Of a DNA stretch of 64,000 nt, positions 34,624 through 43,816 are shown piece by piece (position 1 is the first letter of the stretch; the number at the start of each line of letters is the position of its first letter). Below the pieces are notes generated by a model. The model was not told the origin of the DNA. It did no database searches and was given only the letters and a program-made list of their open reading frames with translations. This DNA is from Escherichia virus TH55. The stretch lies in sequence record MT446421.1; one strand, 5' to 3'. A program made the translations under genes and the position numbers.

Positions 34624-35300
34624 TATATTACCTTATTAATTTTATCAAAAAGTTCTTCGAGTGTGCCATTGTTTTTAATAACAATGTCACTAGCTAGTGG
34701 TGGAAGTCCAGCTTCCGTAATGTGTGTATCGGTAGAATGATTTGCTTCATCGCGTTCTACAAAGATTATTGTAGCACCCATCGCCCGAAGCGAATCAAGT
34801 TCGTTCTTTTGACGAACATCTGGGACAACGTAATATTTATATCCAGAATAGAGGTTGTCAAGATAATCGCACGCAAAAGTTTTAATCCAAAACATGCTGT
34901 CGAACTCTGTACAAACGATGTCAGTTCCAAGGGTCTGCATGAAACGTCTAACTGTCCAGGGCTCAACATTATTTAGTGTGTGAAATTCAATGATTTTACG
35001 AACCATATCTGGATTCGGAAGGTCAAGATTGTATTGTTGTTTCAACCATTCAAGAGCATCAACCAGAAGAATATAAGCTTCGGTGTTGTTCATTATCAAG
35101 GTTTTTTCACGGTCATAACCTTGTCCATCAAAATTTTCCAGGGTCAAATTGTGTGGCAGGTCTTGACGAATCCACGCTTTATAAAGCGCTTCTTTAATCG
35201 GACCTGCAAGCTGCCACTTTGTTCCGTTTTGACTAATAACATAATCAGCAGTCGTATCTTTACCACTGCGTTTTTTACCCACAATCGCAATTAATTTCAT
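34623..35300 (-). CDS. 1: deoxynucleoside monophosphate kinase
   Basis: 225 aa; P-loop GKKRSGKDTTADY...QLAGPIKEAL and C-terminal DTHITEAGLP match remembered T4 gp1. Confidence 0.9.
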
Positions 35301-35896
35301 ACGTTTCTCATAGATGGATGCATTGACTTAGACCTGATTTCCTGTTGCATTGCTGCATTACTATCAATCTGTGGTCTACCTTCTATTATTATACCATCAA
35401 TTTCTACAGCAAAAGACTTAAAGTTAAAAGTTGCTGTTGCATTGATAGCCGGGTCAGAATCTTCTTTATATGAATACTGAATCTCTGACAGGTCGGACGG
35501 CCATGCTCCATAGTAATGGATTGACATGACAATTTTGTCCTTGTTGTTATCTAAGATATGAAGCGTGACCGCTTCGGGACGACCCTTCGGATGCCATGCT
35601 TTTGATTCGTGTGTGATGTAGTTGTTGAGCGAGAGCATCCATTTATAAATGTCAAGCCATGCTCTTAGGTCTTTGTCACACAGAAAGTTAACAATCAGTG
35701 GGTCGAATTCTATTGTACTACCAGGAAGACTGGAGCGATTTATACCTTGTGTTCCCCCAGGAACATCTGTCACAGGGATGTGAACACCAGGGAGGGTAAC
35801 GTCTTGAACGTTGAGTTTAAAGGTCTGTGTGAGGTTTGAATCGCTTACCTCTAATATAAAGTTAGTCGTGTTAGTTTGATTATATAAACCTGACAT
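35297..35896 (-). CDS. 3: tail completion / sheath stabiliser protein (gp3-like)
   Basis: 199 aa ORF in position of T4 gene 3; ATGA overlap with gene 1; assigned by synteny. Confidence 0.65.
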   Translation of the reverse strand: MSGLYNQTNTTNFILEVSDSNLTQTFKLNVQDVTLPGVHIPVTDVPGGTQGINRSSLPGSTIEFDPLIVNFLCDKDLRAWLDIYKWMLSLNNYITHESKAWHPKGRPEAVTLHILDNNKDKIVMSIHYYGAWPSDLSEIQYSYKEDSDPAINATATFNFKSFAVEIDGIIIEGRPQIDSNAAMQQEIRSKSMHPSMRNV

Positions 35897-35981
35897 AATG
35901 CACCTTGTTTGCTTTAAAACAATCAGTGTTATAATGGTTCTAGACCTTTTGTCCTTACCAATAACACTGACCGATAATAGA

Positions 35982-36656
35982 TTATTTTATTAATGTGTTA
36001 AGTCTTAGCTTAGTCATAAACGGATAACGTTCCAACATTGGCTTTACCCAGTATCGAGGATGCAATTCCTTTTTATATGCTAAGACCAACTCTCGAGCTT
36101 GCTCGACGGTATCAACTCCGAAGTTTTTACACATTTCTTGCCTATCTTTTTCCCACCGGCGCTTTCTCAATTCATCCTGAATCTCTTTATTTTTAAAATG
36201 ACCATTATTGCGAGAATGTTTTGTACCCTTGGTTGGACTGTAATGTCTTCCTTTGACAAACCCATCCGGAATATTTTCCCATGGAAATAGTTTTATCGAT
36301 TTGACACCATTATTAAAGTAAACTTTACCGGTTTGACTTTTAGAAATATTGTCAGCGTGTCTACGTCTTAACCAACCAAATAATTTATTATTGCGTTTCA
36401 AATACTTGCTTGACTGGCACATGGATGTAGCAGCAAAACTTAAACCTGGATTTGTAGGATATATTTTAACCAATAGTTGATGGGCTACATAATGTTCCTC
36501 AGGAGTCAAATCGACCAGATTATCTGGGTCATTTGAACCACCCATACATTTCGGAATGATGTGATGAGATTCTTTATATGAAATCAGGACCCTGTTACGG
36601 GCCCTTTCAATTAACGATGAATATATAAACTGATAATTCAAAGTGAATTTCTCCAT
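35982..36656 (-). CDS. free-standing HNH homing endonuclease
   Basis: 224 aa; HNH core [29 protein letters not shown]; inserted between genes 3 and 2. Confidence 0.75.
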   Translation of the reverse strand: MEKFTLNYQFIYSSLIERARNRVLISYKESHHIIPKCMGGSNDPDNLVDLTPEEHYVAHQLLVKIYPTNPGLSFAATSMCQSSKYLKRNNKLFGWLRRRHADNISKSQTGKVYFNNGVKSIKLFPWENIPDGFVKGRHYSPTKGTKHSRNNGHFKNKEIQDELRKRRWEKDRQEMCKNFGVDTVEQARELVLAYKKELHPRYWVKPMLERYPFMTKLRLNTLIK

Positions 36657-37465
36657 ACTTTCTGGGAAGAATATCTTTTGCCTTTTGAAAAAAACTGCTG
36701 AAGGGGGAGTAATACCACATTTGCCCAGTCGCTGGGCTTGATTTCAGTGATAGTACCTTTTATATTGCCGGGTATATATGCTTTAATCATCTGGTCAGCC
36801 CCTTTAAATCCCTTCACCTTTGACCAATCAATCTTCAGATGAGTCTTGTTTGTAATCGTAGGAGTATTAGCATATTGCTTAAGAAGTTCCTCAAGGAACT
36901 CTTGACGTGCCTTCGGTGGAATATAGTGCAAGTTCAAACCGTACATCAAATTATGCTTACCTAGACCAAGATAAATGATTAACGGATATTTGTCCCAGTA
37001 TGGAAGAGTATCCTTATGCTTTGCATCATAGATATAAGCATAAAGTTTACCTGGTTGAGGTTTAGCCGTTACGTGGCCGCGAACTGATTTCTTAATTGTC
37101 TCTGCGAACCATCTGGCAGATTTGGTGTTGCTTGCAGCGCCTTCGTTAGCAATCTTATCTCTTATGCTCTTCCTAAAGCTATTCACCATTATCAGCTGGC
37201 GTTCAGCCTTCGTAAGTTTACCAGCAGGTTTCTTTTTGAGCTTGGATACTTTATAAGCAGTCTGAATTCTTGAATGATACCTCGACATGCTTTTGGTAAA
37301 GGTCGAATAGTTGATTCCTTTCTCTTCAGCAAACTTCTTCGAGGTCATTCCTTTTTCTTTTGCTGTATAAAATTCAACCCCTATCTCAACCCATTGTTGT
37401 TCTGATTTACTGGGTTTCGGACCTGGTTTATCTGCAGATTCATTGATAAATGTAAAAATACTCAT
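36638..37465 (-). CDS. 2: DNA end protector protein gp2
   Basis: About 275 aa from MSIFTF; position between 3 and 4; ATGA coupling with gene 4; assigned by synteny and length. Confidence 0.7.
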   Translation of the reverse strand: MSIFTFINESADKPGPKPSKSEQQWVEIGVEFYTAKEKGMTSKKFAEEKGINYSTFTKSMSRYHSRIQTAYKVSKLKKKPAGKLTKAERQLIMVNSFRKSIRDKIANEGAASNTKSARWFAETIKKSVRGHVTAKPQPGKLYAYIYDAKHKDTLPYWDKYPLIIYLGLGKHNLMYGLNLHYIPPKARQEFLEELLKQYANTPTITNKTHLKIDWSKVKGFKGADQMIKAYIPGNIKGTITEIKPSDWANVVLLPLQQFFSKGKRYSSQKVWRNSL

Positions 37466-37911
37466 CCTTTCCATCCTAATTTTTTCAGGCCGTTTTCGGT
37501 TAGAATGCGAAATGTAATACCCATTTTATCTGCGGTAGCTTGTGCAGCTTTCCACTTATCCCTGTTCACAGAATAAGTGTACATTTCGTTTATATAACGT
37601 TTCTTACTGGCTGCTGTATTATTTACAGGAATTTTTGGGGGCTGTGTTTCTTTGAATGGTTTTATTTCAATAAAAAATTGCTGGCCGGTATCAAATTTAC
37701 ACCATATATCCATATAGTAACGGCGCTTTTTGCCATCAGCATTGCTAAAATATGGAATAACAACAGTCTCAGAACCCCATTGAACAACATTGGGGTGAGT
37801 GTCGAGCCACTTGAACATATATGCCTCCCAACTCGACCTGTACTGTATTTTCTTCCAATCACCTTTATATTTTTCTAGATTTGTTGGTTTAAACTTCCCG
37901 GAGTACGCCAT
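37462..37911 (-). CDS. 4: head completion protein gp4
   Basis: About 149 aa from MAYSGKFKP (T4 gp4-like N-terminus and length). Confidence 0.75.
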   Translation of the reverse strand: MAYSGKFKPTNLEKYKGDWKKIQYRSSWEAYMFKWLDTHPNVVQWGSETVVIPYFSNADGKKRRYYMDIWCKFDTGQQFFIEIKPFKETQPPKIPVNNTAASKKRYINEMYTYSVNRDKWKAAQATADKMGITFRILTENGLKKLGWKG

Positions 37912-38596
37912 TTTTAAGTACCTTACAATTTTCACCATGCCAACGTTTATAGTTGCCTGGATTTGTTATTTTTCCACAGTGTTCACAGGTGTGACGGGGA
38001 GCATTTTTATTAAGCTCTGATAAACGTTTTCTGACATCATCAGTAATACCTTGCTTTATTTTCTCGCTATGATTTACCAAAACTCTTTCTTTATTTGCCT
38101 TGGATATTTTTGCTCGCCAATCATCTGTAAACACTCTTTCTGATAATTTCTTACAATGTTCTTCAGAGAACTTTTTACCCTTTGCTGCTTCTGACAACTT
38201 TTTGCAATGCTCTTCAGAGCGCGGGCCATATTTCTTACCTTTAAGAGCTTTTGAAATATTTTCACATGTTTGTTTTGAACGTTTACGTCCAGTGTGAAAC
38301 TTAATGGAAGTCTCAACAGCGCGGATGCGCACCCATTCAAATTGTTTGTTATTGTAATTGTTGGAACCCATTAGAATTTTCGCAGCATGTGCTAACGAGT
38401 GATTATCTGGATAAATTTTAACCAATAACAGGTGGGCGACAAAATGTTCAGGAGCGGTAAGCTCGACTAAATTTTCATCAGTATCTAATCCGCCCATACA
38501 TCTTGGAATAATGTGATGTTTCTCTTTGTAACCATCAATGGGTGCTCGATTTTTAGCTCGTTGGATTAAGTTATTGTAATGTTTTAGATAGTTCAT
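37889..38596 (-). CDS. free-standing HNH homing endonuclease with NUMOD3-like repeats
   Basis: 235 aa; HNH core HHIIPRCMGGLDTDENLVELTAPEHFVAH; two repeats SEEHCKKLSEAAKGKK; C-terminal CxxC; minus-strand TATAAATA at 38615-38622; inserted between 4 and 53. Confidence 0.75.
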   Translation of the reverse strand: MNYLKHYNNLIQRAKNRAPIDGYKEKHHIIPRCMGGLDTDENLVELTAPEHFVAHLLLVKIYPDNHSLAHAAKILMGSNNYNNKQFEWVRIRAVETSIKFHTGRKRSKQTCENISKALKGKKYGPRSEEHCKKLSEAAKGKKFSEEHCKKLSERVFTDDWRAKISKANKERVLVNHSEKIKQGITDDVRKRLSELNKNAPRHTCEHCGKITNPGNYKRWHGENCKVLKNGVLREV

Positions 38597-38614
38597 TTAT
38601 ATTTTCCTCATATG

Positions 38615-38622
38615 TATTTATA
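38615..38622 (-). promoter_or_regulatory. late promoter TATAAATA (HNH endonuclease gene)
   Basis: Minus-strand TATAAATA 19 nt upstream of HNH ORF start; overlaps the divergent plus-strand late promoter of gene 53. Confidence 0.5.
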
Positions 38623-38626
38623 AATA
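38619..38626 (+). promoter_or_regulatory. late promoter TATAAATA (gene 53)
   Basis: Exact late consensus 41 nt upstream of gene 53 ATG. Confidence 0.65.
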
Positions 38627-38666
38627 GAGTATATCATACTTAAACCATATTGTAAATGGAGGCTTT

Positions 38667-39269
38667 ATGCTTTTTTCATTTTTTAACCCAATTGATTATG
38701 ATGCTAAAACAATCAGAAAAAACTCGGCATCATTAACGAAAGAAGATGTCTTAAGCATCCCAATGACTGACATCTTCAGAAACTATCGTGCATATTTTGA
38801 TAAGGTCGCGGTTAATTATACACCGAAAACATATTACATCGCCGGAGCTCCGAGACCTGAAGAACTTGCATATCAGCTCTATGGTAATACTCAACTCTAT
38901 TGGGTTCTCCTTATGCTTAATAATATCTATGACCCGTATTATGGTTGGATATGTTCACAAGAATCATCATATCAGGCATCAATTCAACGCTATTCGAATA
39001 TAGGTGGTAATCAGGTTCTTTATCATGTAAATGAAGATGGTGAAAAATTCTGGAATCTTGTTTCTTATCCTGATAATCCATACACATGGTATGATAAAGG
39101 TGATAAGAACAAATTATACCCACAGTATGAAGGCCCATTAGCTGCAGTGGATATCTACGAAGATGCTATTCGCAAAAATGAATATAAACGAGAAATAAAG
39201 ATAATCGACCCTAATGATATCGAATCATTTATTTCGGCATTAATCCGCGAGATGGAGAAGGCGCTATGA
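38667..39269 (+). CDS. 53: baseplate wedge protein gp53
   Basis: 200 aa; first gene of plus-strand late cluster, late promoter 38619-38626; ATGA overlap with gene 5. Confidence 0.75.
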   Translation: MLFSFFNPIDYDAKTIRKNSASLTKEDVLSIPMTDIFRNYRAYFDKVAVNYTPKTYYIAGAPRPEELAYQLYGNTQLYWVLLMLNNIYDPYYGWICSQESSYQASIQRYSNIGGNQVLYHVNEDGEKFWNLVSYPDNPYTWYDKGDKNKLYPQYEGPLAAVDIYEDAIRKNEYKREIKIIDPNDIESFISALIREMEKAL

Positions 39270-41008
39270 TTAATATGTCAGATAGTGTAAGTTGGTTCGT
39301 CGGTGTTGTCGAAGACCGAATGGACCCACTTCAACAAGGTCGTGTTCGTGTTCGTGTATGGGGTATGCATCCATATGAGAAATCGCAAGGGCCTGTAAAA
39401 GGTATCAGAACTGAAGACCTGCCCTGGATGTCTGTATTGATGCCAACATCATCTGCATCGGTTTCCGGTATTCAAACTGCCATGACTGGTATGGTCCCGG
39501 GTACTCAAGTATATGGTCACTTTTTGGACAAGTGGAAGCTCAATGGATTAGTCCTTGGTACATATGGCTCAGCATCAAGACAGAAGGCAAACACAACAGA
39601 AGGTTTTAGTGACCCCACAGGGCAATATCCGCTTTATGTGGGCAATGATGCTGCTGCGCTTAACCGAGGCGGTGAGGTCGGTTATGATGACACTTCAAAC
39701 GTAATACAAGATGCAAACACTGATGTAGGTATTAATCCAGACGGGTTAGATTTAAGCCAAGTTAAGCCTGATGATAATCCTAATTTCACAATAGAAAACA
39801 TGCTTCACCGCGATGAAGGTCTTCGTCTGAAAGTATATTGGGACACTGAAGGTTATCCTACTATAGGTATAGGACACTTAATTACACCACAACCTATTAG
39901 AGATATGAATCAGATAAACAAAATATTATCCAATCAAATAGGCCGTGAAGTTAAAGGTAACCCTGGTGCAATATCAATGGACGAGGCTTCTAAGTTATTC
40001 CAAGAAGACCTTAAAAAAGTCCAAAATGATATAGGTAGACATAGTGTTGTAGGTCCGGTTTACAATAAAGAAAACCGTTCAAGACAAATGGCTCTTGAAA
40101 ACATGGCTTTCCAAATGGGATTAGGTGGACTTGCTAAATTTAAAACGATGCTCGCTGCAATGTTAGCCGGAGATTATAAGAAAGCATTTGATGCCGCTCG
40201 TGATTCTGTATGGTTTAACCAAACTAAAGGCCGTGCATCAAGGGTATCAATGATTATCCTCACAGGTAACATGGAATCATATGGTATTATGGCCCCTAAA
40301 GAAAGGTCATTTAAAGGGCGTTCATACAGGATGATTCAAACCTTTGTGGCCCCTACAAATTCCGACCCGGCCGACCCGTGGACTCCAGAAGATACGAGGA
40401 TTCTATTTAAAGAGCCAGAATCAAGTTACAAAGGTGAATATCCTTACGTGCAGACAATGCAAACTGAAGGCGGTCATATTCAGGAATTTGATAACACTCC
40501 AGGACAAGAACGTTATCGACTGATTCATCCGACCGGTTCCTATGAGGAAGTTGCACCAGATGGTCGTAAGACTTCGAAGACGGTAGCCGATGGCTATTAT
40601 ATGACCCAGGGCGATTCAAGCACTTATGTTGGTGGGAATAATAAAGTCAACGTTGGTGGTGATGAAACCTATTACAATATGGCTAACGTTCGTCGTCAGA
40701 CCGATGGAAACGAAACCATCCATATTCGTGGTAACGAAGAGAAAACTGTAGAAGGTAATGGAACACTCAGAGTTAAAGGCAACGTTACTGTTATTGTTGA
40801 AGGAAATGCTGATGTTACTGTTAAGGGTGATGCGACTACCTTAGTAGAAGGTAATGAAACTCGCACGACTAATGGTAATTTAAACTGGACTGTAAATGGT
40901 ACCGTATCTTGGACTTGTGCAGGTGCTTGGTCCGAGACTATGGCTTCAATGAGTTCTATTGCATCTGGTCAATATACTATTGATGGTTCGAGGATTGACA
41001 TTGGCTAA
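39266..41008 (+). CDS. 5: baseplate hub + tail lysozyme (cell-puncturing device) gp5
   Basis: 580 aa; central lysozyme domain DEGLRLKVYWDTEGYPTIGIGHLIT; C-terminal VxGN beta-helix repeats. Confidence 0.92.
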   Translation: MINMSDSVSWFVGVVEDRMDPLQQGRVRVRVWGMHPYEKSQGPVKGIRTEDLPWMSVLMPTSSASVSGIQTAMTGMVPGTQVYGHFLDKWKLNGLVLGTYGSASRQKANTTEGFSDPTGQYPLYVGNDAAALNRGGEVGYDDTSNVIQDANTDVGINPDGLDLSQVKPDDNPNFTIENMLHRDEGLRLKVYWDTEGYPTIGIGHLITPQPIRDMNQINKILSNQIGREVKGNPGAISMDEASKLFQEDLKKVQNDIGRHSVVGPVYNKENRSRQMALENMAFQMGLGGLAKFKTMLAAMLAGDYKKAFDAARDSVWFNQTKGRASRVSMIILTGNMESYGIMAPKERSFKGRSYRMIQTFVAPTNSDPADPWTPEDTRILFKEPESSYKGEYPYVQTMQTEGGHIQEFDNTPGQERYRLIHPTGSYEEVAPDGRKTSKTVADGYYMTQGDSSTYVGGNNKVNVGGDETYYNMANVRRQTDGNETIHIRGNEEKTVEGNGTLRVKGNVTVIVEGNADVTVKGDATTLVEGNETRTTNGNLNWTVNGTVSWTCAGAWSETMASMSSIASGQYTIDGSRIDIG

Positions 41009-41042
41009 TATACTTCCGATGAGCACTGACCTAGGAGACTCC

Positions 41043-41540
41043 ATGGAAGGAGCCTCAATCGATGTTACGTTTACAGCTCAATTAGAAACAAACGAAACAT
41101 TAGTCGAAATAAATATAACTGAATATGAGGTCACCCCTGGCGTTAATGTTGAGGGAAATCATCTTTATGGTGTTTATGAATCCGTGTTTGGATTTGCAGA
41201 TGATGCACTTAAATATCGGCTTAATGATGAATTTAAAACTGCTGGTTCATGGGAAGACCTTCCTACCGATAAGAGTACTCAATTGTATCTCTGGAGGGCC
41301 CCATCGAGCCTCCAGAAGGTCTTTTCATACACGGTAACCCTAACCTATGATTTTCAAGAAGAGAGCTCTGGCGGAGACACAGGGAACTCTGGTGGCAGTA
41401 ATAGCCGTACAGGTAATGAGACCGACCCACCTCCTGCTCCAGTAAGAAAGACAATGACAAAAGTTTACACAAAAACTATCGTTGGCAACTGGTCAAGATG
41501 GGCCGATAAATTGCGTTCATACGTATACGCGAGGGATTAA
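41043..41540 (+). CDS. hypothetical protein between 5 and 5.4 (about 165 aa)
   Basis: ORF 40959-41540 trimmed to ATG at 41043 preceded by AGGAGA; Gly/Ser-rich C-terminus. Confidence 0.5.
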   Translation: MEGASIDVTFTAQLETNETLVEINITEYEVTPGVNVEGNHLYGVYESVFGFADDALKYRLNDEFKTAGSWEDLPTDKSTQLYLWRAPSSLQKVFSYTVTLTYDFQEESSGGDTGNSGGSNSRTGNETDPPPAPVRKTMTKVYTKTIVGNWSRWADKLRSYVYARD

Positions 41541-41833
41541 TGGCTGGATTAAGTTTTAATCAATGTGTTACAGCAGGCCACGAAGCATGGCCGCCGACTG
41601 TAATTAATGCAACTCAAGGTAAAGTATTCACCGGGGGAATTCCAGTATTAGTCGCCGGAGACCCTATTACCGAGCATACCGAAATTAAAAAACCATATGA
41701 AACCCACGGCGGAGTAACACAACCGCGTACATCAAAGGTATTTGTTACTGGTAAGAAAGCTGTTCAAATGGCAGACCCGATTTCATGTGGTGATACTGTG
41801 GCTCAAGCCTCATCAAAAGTCTTTATAAAATAG
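41540..41833 (+). CDS. 5.4: PAAR-repeat spike tip protein gp5.4
   Basis: 97 aa (same as T4 gp5.4); PAAR-like; between 5 and 6. Confidence 0.75.
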   Translation: MAGLSFNQCVTAGHEAWPPTVINATQGKVFTGGIPVLVAGDPITEHTEIKKPYETHGGVTQPRTSKVFVTGKKAVQMADPISCGDTVAQASSKVFIK

Positions 41834-41841
41834 GAAATAAA

Positions 41842-43788
41842 ATGGCTACTCCTACGAATTACCAATTAACAAGAACCGTTAACGCTATCCCAAAAGTATT
41901 TGTGGGAGCTACGTTTGAAGAAATTAAAAAGAATATCATCGACTGGTTATCAAGCCAGGATGAATTTAAGGATTATGATTTCGTAGGTTCGCGAATGAAT
42001 ATCCTGATTGACATGCTTGCATATAATACATTGTATATGCAGCAGTTTGCTAATACAGCGGTTTATGAATCATTTATTGGAACTGCAAACTTAAGGTCTT
42101 CAGTTGTTCAGGCTGCGCAGGATAATGGATATCTTCCATCTTCTCGCTCGGCTGCAAAGACTTCGGTTATGTTGACATGTTCTCATGCTTTGCAGCCGTC
42201 GAATATTGAAATCCCACGAGGAACTAAATTCCTGGCTTATGCTCGTGATACATCAGCTGACCCTTATGTTTTTGTTACCACGGAAAACGTTATCGCGGTT
42301 AAAGATATTAACAACCAATACCTTCCGATTGTATCTCTGGCACAGGGTCGTATTATTCGTACGGAACTTTTATATGACCCGAAACAACCTATTCTTATCC
42401 GCGACCCGGATATTGACCGCAAAGAAGTTAAGTTATATGTGAATGGTGTTGAGTGGGATGACTGGACGAACAAATCAATGGTTCACGCTGGTTCGACTTC
42501 CACCATATTTTATATGCGTGAAACAATCGATGGCTATACCGAATTTTTCTTCGGTGAAGGCGAATCCACCAAATCTGTGGCCGGTGGCGTTATGGAAGCC
42601 AACTATATTGGCGGTCTTAAACCTGTGCAAGATTCAACAATTGTTATTGAGTATCTTCGTACTTCCGGGGCAGATGCAAACGGCGCTGTCGATTTCAGTT
42701 ATGCTGATACGTTGTCTTATATCACAGTGGATAAGATTACTGAAAACTACAATAATGACCCTGATTATGTCGGTGCTGATGGTGGTGGTGACCCAGAAGA
42801 TATCGAACGTATCCGTGAACTGGCTGTTGTTAAACGTGAAGCGCAGATGCGTGCTGTCACCGGAACAGATTATGATACCTTCGTATCCGAAAGATTTGGG
42901 TCAATTGTACAAGCCGTGCAGACGTTTACAGACGCTAATAAACCTGGATATGCGTTTATATCAGTTAAGCCTAAATCGGGCTTGTATCTCACTGCAGTGC
43001 AGCGTGAGGACATCCAGAACTACCTTAGCGAGTTCAACGTATCAACAATTACACCATCGGTAATTTCTCCGGATTATTTGTTCCTTAAACATAATATCAA
43101 AGTGTCTTATGCGCTGAACAAATTGCAAGAATCTGAACAATGGTTGCAAGCACAAATCATTAATCAGATTGACCGTTATTATATCGATGAAGTTGAAATC
43201 TTTAACAGAAGTTTTGCTAAGTCAAAAATGCTTACATATGTGGATAATACCGACCATAGTATTCTTGGCTCGTCTGCAACCATTTCGATGGTGCGTGAAG
43301 TCCTGAACTTCTTTAAGACTCCGGAATCCGGCATTAAATACTATAACCAGTATGGCAACCGTTCAGTCGAATCAAGCGAATTTGAATTTGTTCCGACTAC
43401 GGGTGAAGCCTATAACGTTCGCATTGTTGCAACTGATAAAGATTCTCGCGGTGATGGCAAAATGGTAATTGGTCCATTCCGTCCGGGTGATGTTATCGAA
43501 AACGTAAACATCCAGCCTTACCTCCAAGATGACTTTAATAAAATGGAAGCTCCGGCTGACCAAACAGTTTATTACGCAATTGGCGAAATTGACTATTACT
43601 CTGATTATATTTTTTGGGATATCGCCGCGATTGGATTGACCTCCGAGCGCTTTGAAGTTCAATCAATCGAACTTTATGCAAGTCCCAACCAAGATAATAT
43701 ATACACGCAAGATGGTTCACTGATTGTATTTGAGAATGACCTTCGTCCGCAATATACAAAGATTGACCTTGAACCGATTACACTATAA
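41842..43788 (+). CDS. 6: baseplate wedge protein gp6
   Basis: 648 aa; synteny 5.4-6-7; hairpin terminator 43788-43807. Confidence 0.85.
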   Translation: MATPTNYQLTRTVNAIPKVFVGATFEEIKKNIIDWLSSQDEFKDYDFVGSRMNILIDMLAYNTLYMQQFANTAVYESFIGTANLRSSVVQAAQDNGYLPSSRSAAKTSVMLTCSHALQPSNIEIPRGTKFLAYARDTSADPYVFVTTENVIAVKDINNQYLPIVSLAQGRIIRTELLYDPKQPILIRDPDIDRKEVKLYVNGVEWDDWTNKSMVHAGSTSTIFYMRETIDGYTEFFFGEGESTKSVAGGVMEANYIGGLKPVQDSTIVIEYLRTSGADANGAVDFSYADTLSYITVDKITENYNNDPDYVGADGGGDPEDIERIRELAVVKREAQMRAVTGTDYDTFVSERFGSIVQAVQTFTDANKPGYAFISVKPKSGLYLTAVQREDIQNYLSEFNVSTITPSVISPDYLFLKHNIKVSYALNKLQESEQWLQAQIINQIDRYYIDEVEIFNRSFAKSKMLTYVDNTDHSILGSSATISMVREVLNFFKTPESGIKYYNQYGNRSVESSEFEFVPTTGEAYNVRIVATDKDSRGDGKMVIGPFRPGDVIENVNIQPYLQDDFNKMEAPADQTVYYAIGEIDYYSDYIFWDIAAIGLTSERFEVQSIELYASPNQDNIYTQDGSLIVFENDLRPQYTKIDLEPITL

Positions 43789-43807
43789 GCCTCTTCGGAG
43801 GCTTTTT
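43788..43807 (+). terminator. hairpin terminator after gene 6
   Basis: GCCUC-UUCG-GAGGC followed by U5. Confidence 0.55.
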
Positions 43808-43816
43808 AAGGAAACC

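Noticed and set aside
40600-41008. Apparent repeat in the 3-prime part of gene 5
   Set aside because: This is the protein-level VxGNxx beta-helix repeat of the gp5 needle, not a DNA repeat element or CRISPR-like array.
43724-43816. ORF-track start of gene 7 at 43724
   Set aside because: That extension runs through the end of gene 6 and the hairpin terminator; the ATG at 43817 has a Shine-Dalgarno and gives the 1032-aa T4 gp7 length.
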